Of a DNA stretch of 64,000 bases, positions 23,036 through 35,379 are shown one piece after another. A program made the translations under genes and the position numbers. The stretch lies in assembly GCA_020137815.1 (NCBI GenBank), contig CM035354.1, forward strand, positions 7,440,001 to 7,504,000. Direction: 5' to 3'. Numbering within the stretch: position 1 is the stretch's first letter; every line of letters starts with the position of its first letter. The notes beneath the pieces were generated by a model that was not told the DNA's origin, searched no databases, and saw only the letters and a list, made by a program, of their open reading frames with translations. Origin of the DNA: Hormiphora californensis (taxonomy: Eukaryota > Animalia > Ctenophora).

Positions 23036-24551
23036 TCAAGAAGAGTCAATATAAAACTTGATGGGCGGTAATGGTTTGTTGAGACATCTCCACCTGTTTA
23101 ACTGATCATAATGTCCCCGTGACGCACAATGTTGGGATGGTTTCTCGAAGGTTTGAATTCGAACACTACACACCACACATCTGATTCGATCGCCCTCCTT
23201 TGGCTTTCCAACCAGGTTGGGTCGTTTTAGGAAGTATTCCCCCGTTATTATTAGGTGTCGCTGTGAAAGAAGGTGCCGGGAGACGTCGTCAACTGTAGGT
23301 AGCGATAGGGCACAATACTTGCACCACCGTTGCCGCTCAATTGCAGTGTGATCGGGGATTCTGATGTGATTAATTTCTGTCAGTGAGGCAAGTCTTGGAA
23401 GGTAGTCAGAGGGAGAGGGGAGTTTCTGAGGAGGAGGAGAAGGTGATCTCGAGGGAGATTGGTGAGTTTTAGAGGTAGACGATTTAAAAAGTTCCTCGTC
23501 GATGTTATCGTCTCCGGAATCATCACCAACATGTACCACCTCCGGAGCAGCAAACATTCCTGCCACCTTTAGCAGGTCCATTGGTACAAAGGGTCGGGAG
23601 GAAGAGGAAGATGAGGAGGAGGCTGTTTTGTGGCGACGCCTCTTCCGCTCCCTGTGCCCTGCTTTGCTATGGGATGTCGTCTGACGTTCCTCTTTGTGTG
23701 ACGATGATGATGTTCGGCGTTTTCCCCGCTTTTTTGATGAAGAAGAGGAAAATGACTGATGGCGGGAGCGGTTGGGAGATTGGCGGGAGCGGTTGGGAGA
23801 TTGGCGGGAGCGGTTTGGAGATTGGCGAGAGCGGTTTGGAGATTGGCAGGAGCGGTTGGGAGATTTGTGGGATTGGTTGAGAGATTTGTGGGATTGTTTG
23901 AGAGATTGACGGGATTGGTGGGGAGATTGGTGGGAATGGTTTGGAGATTGGCGGGAGCGGTTTAGAGATTGGCGGGGAGATTGGCGGGATTGGTGGGGTG
24001 ATTGGCGGGAGCGGTTTAGAGATTGGGGAGAATAGCGGGAATGGTCGAGAGATTGGCGTGAAAGTTGCTGAATAGAGTTGCGGAAATCCTTTGCAGAATT
24101 ATTACGGCTTCGGCTCCGACGTCGGGGGTGGTCTGAAAAATGGGCTGAAGTTAGCATGATGATGCAGAAATCAATTTCATTTGGACACTTAGACAAATTA
24201 CACAAAGCACACAGACCTTCAAGTCCATGAAACAATCTCTACAGGTTTACCTTTTAATCGCGAGGAAGAAGAGGAGGAGTTTCCATTTATCGTTATTGTG
24301 AGAAACCCGTCCTGAAAAAGGAGAACAGAGTAAAACACGGGAGATCCGACACAGGAATACATACAGGGATAATAGTTTGCCGCCTTTAACATCCCCTTAG
24401 CTCACATCACCCGATCTCTAGACTAAACAAAATTACAGACTAAACATGCAAACTAGTGCAACTTCTTTCCCTGAACACCAGATGACCTTTAAAAATACAA
24501 ACCTACCTTCCTGAGGACATCCCTTGGTCCACGGATTTGTAAAAGGGACAT
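23036..24551 (-). CDS. 3-exon SP-heptad-repeat protein with double U1-type zinc finger
   Basis: Exons about 24551-24507, 24311-24251 and 24132-23036 join in frame (MSLLQIRGPRDVLRK-DGFL...RLK-DHPRRRS). SPNRSRQ heptads. Fingers WCKYC...HLLSQRH and RCVVC...HCASRGH. Confidence 0.75.
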
Positions 24552-24885
24552 GTCTGATGGGAGAGATAGATTAGAAGGGACAAGGGGTGATGATATTAGT
24601 TTCCCCTTTCAGGGACTAAGGGTCTATTAACTAATTAACCACTCGAACATTGTATAAAAAAATCCTAGATTTCAATCAGCATACACGGCAATCGTATAAA
24701 TATTTAGCATCGCACAAATAATAAAAAGTGATCTTCGGTCAGAAATATATGGGCAGTTCTAGAAACACAATGATGAAAGTTGTGATATCAAATACATCTC
24801 AATAAGATACAAATCAAAAATATAAATATATCGATCAAAATGGACGTCAAGCATGCATCTGGGGGTTATTTACTTAAAATGTCAC

Positions 24886-26097
24886 TTAGGGATTGAATTT
24901 CTCTTGCTCATATTGAGACGATGCAGCTGAGACTGCAAGTGAGCTACAACTTCGCTCTTTCCTATCACTGAGGAAAATGGTTGCATGGTTGACAGTAGTG
25001 GTAGAAAAACAAAACATTATCAGCAGTACGCCACAGTATCGTATCCACCTCAGAATGCTTGCAGTTAATTGAAAACTGCTCCGAAACTGAGACTCCCTGA
25101 GATTTAAGCATGGGCGCATTGAAATGAGGTACCCCGAAGTTGTCACGGTTATTCTCCAGAAAGAGGAAGAACTGAGCCAACCCAGCTGAATCAGGACACC
25201 TCTTCACGTGTGTATCTTTGTGCTCGTAGTTGTACAGTACCACTGCCTCGCACACACTGCACGTGCAAACTATCTGTTGATGGCTGGGAAGGGAGTCATG
25301 ACTGGGTGTCCCATGGGTACAGTTTAGATGAGCCATGAAAGAATTCAAGTTGAAAATAACATCACCAAAAGAGCAGTTCTCCCAACATTTTAATTTGATT
25401 GATTCAGGGGCAACGGGGGAACACTCGCCCTCCTCTTTTTTATCATCAGCTAAAAGAGACAGGGAGAGTTCTCGTTTCCGCTTGACTGGTCCCTTTGCTG
25501 GACTCTTCCGAGGCATACTTTTTGATCGTGTGGTCATGGTTCGTTTCTCAGCCGCTCCTGATGGAACACTACTATTATCGGTAACTGATTTTGTGGTAGC
25601 ATCAGCAGGATTTATTGATCGCCCGTAGAAGGATCTTGGTCAGGAGACCCAGTATTGGGTTCCTTGAGTCCTAGTGGATCAGATGATACATTCACCACAA
25701 GACTAGGAGGCATGGTGTTGTCGGTTTCCTTGAGAGGTCCCTTGAGTCCGAGTGGATCAGATGATACATTAACCACAGGAGGTCTGGTGTTGTCGGTTTC
25801 CTTGAGGGGTCCCTTGAGTCCGAGTGGGTCCTTGAGGGGTTCCTTGAGTCCTAGTGGGTCAGATGATGATGATGCATTAAGCACATCATCATCATAGCTT
25901 TTATACGGAGAAGATCTATGCAACACACGTCCATCTCGCAGAATAATGGAGTCTAGGGCCAGAGGAGGTCCTAAAACAACTCTTCCTATCAACTTATCAT
26001 TCTTCCTTTTCGTTTGAAGTATTCGGTCAATAGCAATTTGGTTTGATATGATAATTTTAGTGAGTGTGTCATCGTCCGCTTCGTCTATCATTTTCAT
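24886..26097 (-). CDS. Cys/His-rich (zinc-binding) protein with SSDPLGLK repeats, frameshifted
   Basis: ORFs 25612-26097 and 24965-25537 are colinear. CWENC...HLNCTH and CSVC...H motifs. Acceptor ctctctag abuts the ATG. Confidence 0.6.
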
Positions 26098-26505
26098 CTA
26101 GAGAGAAAGTAGAGGGGGTTCAATGTATTACAAGGTATACACACATCAATTACAAGTTCATCTTAAAATATTAAAACAAAGTTAAAACAAATCGTCACGT
26201 TTACAGCTCTCATACAAAAACAGAAAGTGACGACTGGCTCCTAGAGAAGACTCTGGACCATACATAGAAAAGTCAGGGTACACTGTTACAAGTGTACTAC
26301 ACACTACTCTCTTGCACACGTACATACACAAAAAGTCAGATAAATATTATTTGTGACACTCATACACACTTATAAATTAGGGACTTAATCAACCATCAAA
26401 TGACTCCACAACAAGTGTTACCATGGTTACTTCTACTTCACAACCAATGTTGATATGGTTACTCCTACTCCACAGTCCACAACTAGTGTTACTACTTAGT
26501 AGACC

Positions 26506-29500
26506 TCACTGGTATCGGGGGGCTGCAGGGTACTGGGGCGGGACAAAAGACATTCCCGCTATGGAGGCTGGAGGATATTTGAATGGGGCACCAGTTGGCG
26601 GAGCTGCAGGCATGGTGAATTTAGGAAGGGGTGGTGGGGGCGCCCCGTACGGGTAGTGGGATGGTGGAGGGTGGTGGTATGCTGCCTCAGTACCATAGGA
26701 AGGCAGCGGAGTAGGTCGGGATGTAGATCGTGGGGCAGATTGAGGCGGTGGGGTAGGTCGGGAGGCTGATTGGGGCGGCATTAGCGCGGTACGAGCTGTA
26801 GATCTTGGCACAGAATGTGGCTCCTGTGGTAGTGGTGGATCCTGGTAGTAACTCTCACCAGACACTGCATAACTAGAAGAAGAAGAAGACACTGCATAGC
26901 CACCATTGTACTGACTGGATTTGTAGGAAGATGGTGGCTGCTCAGTTGCTTCGTAAGGGTCTGCAGATGCCCCATAAGGGTCTGCAGATGCCCCATAAGG
27001 GTCCGCAGATGCCTCATATGGGTCCGCAGATGCCCCATACGGGTCCGCAGATGCCCCATAAGGGTCTGTATCTGTAGTCTCGTATGGATCGGTTCTTTTC
27101 GTATTGATCTCCCACTGTCTTGCTGTATTGGCCCTCAACATGCGTCTCAACTGATTTGTAAGCTCGGGTTTTAGATGGATCAACAGTTGTGTAAGGTCTT
27201 ACAGTTTTGTATGGACCCGGGATTGGTTTGTAAGCACTCGATTGAGCATATGATTCCTCTTTATACGAAGGATCCTGGTAAGGTACTGCAGGGGCTGCTG
27301 CTGCCACTTTCGGTTTCCAAACTTTTCCATGGAGATCAAATGGAATTTCAGGTTCATGATTATATTGGTCAGAGCTCGTCGGTGGATAATCATATCCTGA
27401 GGATGTTGAAGGGTATTCGGTTGGGTAATTCGCATAAGGATCTTCCTGCTCTTCATCATATGGTGCGGCGGCGGGGTAAGCAGCCGCAGGTGCTCCCCGC
27501 TGATCGTAATAAGCGTAACCACTTGCAACCGGGTATTCCTCAGACACAGGCGGTTGTGATGGGACATTGTTGCGAACCTCTTTCCTCTTCTTGACCGGCA
27601 TTATGGCACCTGAACGAAAAACAATATGAAAAACTAGAAGACAACGAAATGCTAGAAAATGTGCTAACCTTCCTTCAACTTCCATAAATTCCAATGCAAG
27701 CAATAATTGACTAAATGACATAATAACTAACGACTACTATGAGTTTAGTAACCAATAATTGCATGCTACAACATTCACAGCTTATCTGCTCTGTTCTGCA
27801 GGTGGCGGTATAGCAAAATCCTATGTTATTATCATTATTATTATTATGGCCACCTTTACGCTTGCCAGCGCAATGATTATGCTACAACATTCACAGCGTG
27901 CTAACAACGTACCTGATGCCTGGGCATGTTCATACATCTTCTTCAACCTCTCACTCGGATCCTCTCTCTCCTCCTCCCTGTTCTGCATCCCGTTGTAGTT
28001 CTCATAGTGCTGCTTGGACCGCACGTGCTTCTCAACCTGCAACTCACTCGAACAAGTTGTATTGCACAGTGAGCACTGGTAAAACGTCATTGGTTTCAGT
28101 GAGATGGGATCTAGACTAGTTCTGGATGAGAGGAAGGCTCTACCGACAACTGGGGCTTCAATATCTAGCTCGGAACGCTCAAGATACTCCGGTGCAGGGA
28201 TTTCCTTTCCTATCCGGTTAAATGCCTCCACTTTGACCATGTGGGCCCGTTTCTTGCAGTGCCCCATGTACTTGGAATGGGTCTGGAATGTGAGGTTACA
28301 CAGCACACACCGGACATCCTTGGTTCCCGGTTTCATAATCTTCCGAATCCTTGTTGTAACCTGCTCCTTATGCTTCTTTCCCATTAGATGGAGATTGAAG
28401 TTCTGCTCGTTGGGCGACTCGATCATACAGAGAAGACACACGTGGTAACCAGGCCGGGAGGAGACATACTGAGCATGGACGTCATCAATCATCTTCACCA
28501 GCGTCTTGCTGTCAATCTCAGGACTATCTTCTGATGTTTCATTATCCCCCATGGTCTCAGGAGGATTCGATGTCGGAGGAGCTGGTTCTGGAGCCTGGAA
28601 CCAGGGTTTGTGTTCCCCGTGCAACCAGGGCTTACTCTCCGTTTGTATAGGATAGGCAACAACAGGAGCTTCAGCATTTGGTGTCTCAAATTGCCGATAA
28701 CTATCCTCTTCCTCCCTTTCTTTTATCGTTTCAGCTTTTATCACCACCTTTGCCACGAGTTTCTGATACCGTTTTATTCGTTTTTCTAAAAGATCCGAAT
28801 CTTCATAATGTGAAACGACCTCCTTTATTTTCTGTTCAACAGAGGAAATTAACCCCTCAACTTGTTCAGAAGATTGCAGTGCATCTAACCTTGCCGAGAG
28901 GGCCTCATAATCCTGGTCATCCTGTTCTTTGAAGGTGTCAATAAGTGCTGGTGGGGGTAACATTGGTTGAATTTCAACAGGGGATGGCATCTGTTTCTCC
29001 GGGCTAATCATCTCCACTCTGTATTTCTGGTGCAGCTTCTGTAACACAGCCGATCCTTCCTCAGGGGTTCCTTCAGGGGCCACCAAACCACGACTCTTTA
29101 AAATTCCAACCAGAGTCTCACGGAGACGTTTCTTTTTGGCCTCGTCAATTGGTCCACTATCCTGATTACGGAGCATTTCTTCAGCTTGCTTTTGGATCAA
29201 TTCCATGAGATTTTCCTTTGTACTGGAGCCACCCAATAAATTGCCCAGATTGGAACTTGGTGGTTTCAAAGGTGCCTGATTCTTGGGAGATTGGCTTCTT
29301 GTCCTCTTCCTTCTCCTATGGCTTGGCGATTTTCTTTTCTCGTCCCGATGACCTGATCTCCGCTCCCTACTTCTGGACCTCTTTTTGCGTTCTGGAGGAT
29401 TCTGAGACCGATGTGTTTGTTTTCGTGAGGAAGAATGTTCACCCGACCTTTTGCTATCGCCTTCCTTAGATCGACGGCGGGTTCGTTCTTTCGAACTACC

Positions 29501-30690
29501 ACGACGATGCTTTTCTCTGGAGTCTTTACGACGGTCTTCCTTCTTCTCCCGATCTCGCTTATCACGAGATCTTTGTCGCTCTCTTGAATGACGCTCCTTA
29601 GAATGACGCACTTCACTCGATTTCCTACGTTCCCTACGGGGTTCACTCGTTCTAGGACGTTCCTTGGAGGTTCGTAGTGAAGTGCCTGACTCAACTGGAG
29701 CTTCCAATTCCTCATCCCTTCGTTGCGATCTTTGTAGTGGAGATTTTTCTCTGTGGCTCCGTTGCGATGATTGCAGAGATCTTTGGCCCGGAGATTTCTC
29801 CTCGCTAATCCTATCATAAGGTTCCTGATCGCTAACCGGACTGTGAGCACTACGGAACAAAGACGTCGCCTCGGGAGCAACACCACTACGTTCCCGTTTT
29901 CTACTCAAAGCATCACGAAGATCACCATAATGGCCCTGAAAAATAGTCCGCTGTAACGGACCCGAAGTTTCATCACCCTCCTCTTCCTCATAATCCTCAT
30001 CATATTCATGAACATCTTCATACTCCTCAAAATGATCATTCCTATTCCACTTATTGTAATATTGCTCCCGGTTTGGCAATGGCCTCGGATTAACATCATA
30101 CTCTTCAACTGCAGTTAGATGTTTTTTACCCTGTAGGTGCTCTAGGATCTGTTTATCACTGTTCAGCGGAGCATCGCATAAATTACAAATGTGTCTGTTC
30201 CGAAACCGAAAAATGAAAGGACAGTCCATAATGGAAAGGCCAAAATTCAGGGGATCAGGGCTGACATCTCGAATATCAGGGTCGTGTGCAGAACGGGGAG
30301 ATTGTGAGGCCTCTTCGCCCTCACTAGGGGTTAATTTCTTAACAATCTTCCCGTCAACTACAACTATCTTTGTACCATCAGCTCGCTTAATGATCTTCTT
30401 CTTCTTTCCTAGGAGACGAGGGTAACGTTTGATTGATATAAATTTATCACAAGAAAATGAGAGAAACTTTGCAATTTGCTTTAATTTGAGCTCAATGCAT
30501 TTGAGGACAAATTACAAAATCTGTTGACATTTGACAACAAACCTGCAGAAGCAGCTTGTTCACTTTTGGTGCTCTTTTCAGATTTCTTGGGCTCCGCAGA
30601 ATCGGAGACTGCACCTCCACCAGCCGGTCGATAGCTAATACCGTCGGCCCTTATGATCTTCGTGACCTTGACTTTGCCTTCTTTTGACAT
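26506..30690 (-). CDS. Large RS/charged protein with four U1/matrin-type zinc fingers and a Tyr/Pro-rich C-terminal exon
   Basis: Exons 30690-~30543, ~30408-27913 and 27609-26506 (1-nt frameshift near 27095), GT-AG introns in frame. Fingers CNLC..HLQGKKH, CLLC..HLMGKKH, CVLC..HCKKRAH, CSLC..HVRSKQH. Confidence 0.75.
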
Positions 30691-30844
30691 ACTTTCAGAA
30701 CAAAATCATACAGACTTGGGAATAAAATGTGTTAGATCATGTTATGGGGTAGCAAAAGATACTCTTTTACTGTAACAGGTCCATATTCAGAATGTTTCTT
30801 TTGACATATCGGGTCCAGTTTCTTCTTCTGAAAATTTTAGCGCT

Positions 30845-32160
30845 TACAATACAATACAATACAAAATAAACATTTATAGTCCGCTCTTTATAATAATAAT
30901 AATAATAAAAATGACAGTTTATATCCCGCACTGACACAGTTTGTATACAGACAACTCGTTTTCCTTAATTTGAAAGGGACTGCAGTAGACTGCCTGCTCC
31001 TAGCACGGTTCTCTGATAACGGTGAGTTAGTGGGGAACTATCCCACTTGGATAAGATTATTACGGATGAAGTAGCAGCCGTCAGGATCTTCTGATCGTAT
31101 CCGCTTCAAAGTGGACCTTAGAGCTTTTTGCTCTTTCAGTTCAGAGGGCGTAAGATCCGGAGAGAGATAAACAGCCGAAAACTGTTTGGAGTCTTTGAGG
31201 TTTCGTGCCTTTCTGAGGAGTGCGAGGAGAGTCGCTCTCTTCTCCAGGGATACTAAGAGCGGTCTAGGGCGCTTCTCGTTTCTTTCGCCGATGCGTTTCA
31301 TCGTAGTCACTTTCGGTTTCTCATTTAATTCCTCAAAAAGTTCGTCTAAAGTAGTTTTAGCTACTCTATCGGTTGTTTCTGGGAGACCAAACACAACCAT
31401 GTTCTTCTCTCTTCCGGGCTGTTGGACGGGAGTAGGATGATTCACTGGTAGTGGTTTTCCCACTTTGGGGGAGGTTGCAGCACAATTCTGTGCTAGCACA
31501 GTAGAGTAGGCTTTCACCTTCTGCACCGATGCTGTCACTGTACTGAGTTGTTGCTTCTGGTGGTTGATAACCGTTTGCTGAAGCTCGATTACGTTAACCC
31601 GATGGCGGTCAAGTTCTTCTTTACATTCACGCAGCTGTTTCTCGAGGTTTTCCACACTGATAACCGTTTCAAAATTGTTCATTGTTGCTCGGGCAAGTTT
31701 CATACTGGAGAGAAAAATACGCGAAGTAGCCTCGATTATTTCACTCGTAGTTCGGTCCTTGAGACAATGTCTAAAGTACGAACCCCAGTGCTTGCTAGGC
31801 GAAGCTAAGCTGTCGTTGGTTAACATTGAATCGGGTGCAGCTTGAATCGATCTATAACATTGAGTAAACTCATCTGGTGTGATGCTCGTCGTGTTGTCCG
31901 AATTCAACAGGTAAACTTCAGAAACAAAGTCATCCACCGTCTCTTCTAATCGTTTTATCATAGGGTTATCGCCCTCGTACTTCGCTTCCGACATTATCAA
32001 CGTTTCGTTTTTCTGCCCTTCGGGGCTGTTACATCGGATTCATCTTCCTGCTCAAATTAATTTGTTTAAAGTAGTGTTGAAAAGTTTAACTCTTTTAAGC
32101 TTGATAAAGCTCATTTCTGAGGTCATTGATCATATTCAGGAGCTAAAACCTCGAACAATC
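30845..32160 (-). mobile_element. ORF1-only LINE-like element (ORF 31038-32000)
   Basis: Coiled coil followed by NMVVFGLPE...RPRPLLVSL...YLSPDLT, typical of non-LTR ORF1 RNA-binding regions. 3' simple-repeat tail (tta)n/(attgt)n. No RT. Confidence 0.7.
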
Positions 32161-32784
32161 GTCGCGCAAAAAAAGGTATTCCACTTTTTGCTCCTTTTGT
32201 AGAAAAAAATAAGGCTGAATCGGCCAAAAAAGGTCCAGAAATGAAAAAAGACGGTCAAAAATTTGAAAAACCACGGTCGGAAATTTGTGAGTTGGTGAAA
32301 ACGCGAACGCAATTTTCAATCGACATTAACGCCGCGCATTTTTAATTGCGCGTAACAAAGCAGTGTAGTCACTAAATTCTTGCGGCTGACATAATTATCA
32401 GCAAGTAAACAGACAATTGTCATTTTAAAAGTTACTTTTCCTCCTAAATCAATTGATACAACAAAATTTATTTAAAAGAATTTTAAACTTAACAAAATAA
32501 CAACAATTAGACACAGAAAATAAATAATTTACACTCGTTACCATGGCAATTCAAAGCGAAAATTGGTATGCGCGGTCTAACTCGCGCGACCAGTTCACGT
32601 TTTATGTCTTCGCGCGTTACAGCATCGACTCGAACTCCAAATGTCACCGAGGTCTCGACGCAGGCTCTGATCTGCGAGTTTCAATCCGTTTGAAGGAGAT
32701 TGTCTCATTAGTCTTTGACAGATTATTTAACCTCGTTCAGGCGAGGAAGTTAACTGTTAAGTTCCCTGCTGCCTGCACTGTGAA

Positions 32785-34618
32785 CTACACAACTGTTTCT
32801 GTCACCTGTGAGAGAGAAATAAATAACTGGAGATCGAGAAACGACAGAATTTTGTAATGTTGTCAAAGAGAAGATGTTATGATCGAAATGAAACCTTTTT
32901 GTAAAGAGTTTTCTGGTGAAGGGAACAGTGGGTTGGAAGATCGTATGTAAGAAATGTTCCTAGAAGATCGTTCACTTCGTCCGAACACTCAATCGGTAAG
33001 AGATGTCCTGCCTCTAGAATATGCAGGACGGACCTGGGTGAGAGAGGTAAATCACATCCTAGTGACTTGTTTTGTTCTAGGACCCTCCTTTACATAATTA
33101 AAAGAGAGAGAGAGAGAGAGAGAGAGTCGAACAAGGCAACCTAGTGACTACATTATCAGAGACATTAAAGTGATCTTTTAGCACTTTCAAGCTTTCAAGG
33201 GCTGTCAAAACTCCCCCTTGCCTTGCGTAAACTCTTTTGCACCCTGAAAAACAGCACCTTTTTTGGGGGTGCTTAGTGCTAAGCTTGCCTTGTTCGACCC
33301 TCCTTCCCCTTTGAACAAAATAATGCTAAGCTACACAATCGTCAAACAACTAGAACGAACGGCAGGGAGTAGTACCATCTACCAAACATTAAACATCCCA
33401 CAACCCCTTCAAAACAAACGAATCTCCCCACACTATGACGTCACGTGATAATGACGTCATCACCCTGTGCTCACCTTGGTACAATCATGTTCATACTAAT
33501 CTCGTCACTGAGAGTTATAAACCGGTCCTGCCGCCCCACCACCAGTAACACTGGACAGGAGATATGGGCATGATAGTTCTCGTCCCCCTCCTCCCAGTAT
33601 TGACCCCGCATTACATGCCGCAAACTGTCCATCTCAATACTCAGCAACTCCCGGTCACTCAACCAGGACTTCTTGCGGGGTGAGTGGAAACACGCCTGAA
33701 GATGAGAGGGTGGAATGGTAGATCAAGTTGTGTTTTTAAGAGGGGAGAATGATTTAAATTGACGTGATCACTAGTAACTACATATTTTAGAAGAGAGGAA
33801 TTACAGACGTTAGAAGCTAAAATGCTGAATTTTGGTTAGCCGTTAGATCACGTAATTATGGGTTGTGGGAGATTTTAAGATACCTCACGAAACAGTTTCA
33901 CGATGATGGGTTTGAGGCATGACAGGATGGAGGAAGGTAGGGAGAAGAGAGAGTACTTCTCTGGAGCCAGGGCATACGGTCCCCCGCCACTTAACAACAC
34001 CAACTTCCTGACACGGGATCTTCTCTCGTTGTAGACTAACGTACACAAACTGATGAGGGTATTAGGGATCAGGAATAGGGATTAGGAATAGGGATTAGGA
34101 ATAGGGATTAGGAATAGGGATTAGGAATAGGGATTAGGAATAGGGATTAGGAATAGGGATTAGGAATTCCATTAAAAAGTATGAATTCAGAAAGTCTCCC
34201 CTCAACTCAGGTCATACAAAATACTGCCCTCTCAATAACTCAGTATCGGAACTAATGAAATGACAATTCATGCCTCATACCTTGTCCCATAGGAGTGTCC
34301 AACTAGCACATTCATCTCATTCTCTGCATACCGATCAAACAGTGTCAGAGCATCATAACAAAACTGCTCAAAAGTGAACATGTGCTTCCCTCTCTCTGAC
34401 ACAGCAGCTGAACCTGACCCATGACCGTACATATCACATGTCACAGCTCGGTAACCAAGGGTAACCACGTGTTCTATTTGGGCATCAAAGTGCCGGTATG
34501 TTGCCCCTGCGCCGTGGTAGAAGAATACCGTCCAACCGTTGTGGTCACTTGGACGCCTAGATGTTATAGGGGAGACATGGTTAGAGATGTTGATACTTGT
34601 TGTTTTGGCTTTACTCAA
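32785..34618 (-). CDS. ABHD8: Alpha/beta hydrolase, ABHD8-like (4-5 coding exons)
   Basis: FYHGAG oxyanion motif, GHSYG nucleophile, SFCT...LSGGGPYALAP, VGRQD acid and EAGH His. The stop is at 32785 or 32877, depending on a last small intron. Confidence 0.75.
34072..34166. repeat. 13-bp intronic tandem repeat (ggattaggaatag) next to an ABHD8 acceptor
   Basis: Direct observation, about 7 copies. Confidence 0.9.
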
Positions 34619-35379
34619 TAAAAATTATCACTCTTAGCTTATTAGTTATAACATAAGCATGAGCATCAACTTTTCAAACTTCTCACTGTTGATCACTTGT
34701 CAGTTGTTACCTTTCAAAGACAAGTATTTTCCTTCGTTTCCGTATCTCAAGTTGTTGTTCGTACTGTGAATTGTTCGCTGAAGAATGCGGCGAAACACGT
34801 GGCATTATGACGTCATATTACACGTTTCATTATGAAGTCACATCATTAATCATTCTAGATACATGATACAGGGATAATTAGACCATGGGTTATACTAAAA
34901 CTCTATCTAGAATACACACTTTCCTATTTGTGATTAGAGTTGGACTTGGAAATGGATGATTAAATTAAATGTCGTGAATCGTGATAAATGGAAATTGGAA
35001 GGTTATTTGATGAAACATACCAGTTTGTATCTACCTATACACTTCTGACTTCGAATAGGCACAATGATACATTTACGAGTGCTCTCCACAGCTTCTATTT
35101 TATCCAAGCTGCCCCATATTCCATGAGATTGTATCTCATGTGGAAACAGAGGCACGTCGTTCACACTGAGTCGCCTGACACTATGCTATGTATGAACAAT
35201 TCAACACCCCCCTCATTACTCATAGTAGTTTTAGTTGTTGTGAACGCAGTCTGAGTCGTTGTTTGCAAAGAAAATTGGATCTCTAATACACTATTTCAGC
35301 TCCTATACAGCTACTACATCTCCTACTACTACTGTAAAACAGCTCCTACTACCGTCACTGCACTGCATGCAATTGCACC

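Noticed and set aside
2141-27912. mod(mdg4)/lola-like model in which the phase-1 donor at 27912 splices in frame to every downstream ORF
   Set aside because: Acceptor-to-ATG distances give mixed phases (only some in frame), and each unit has its own ATG.
175-30425. Numerous plus-strand ORFs antisense to the cluster (e.g. 5264-5956, 15375-16220)
   Set aside because: Shadow frames of low-complexity minus-strand genes, with no independent motifs.
32542-32570. Candidate shared first exon ending ccATG|gtaacg that would donate the start codon to all cistrons
   Set aside because: The ATG is out of frame or hits early stops with most acceptors checked. It cannot be supported as a coding leader from sequence alone.
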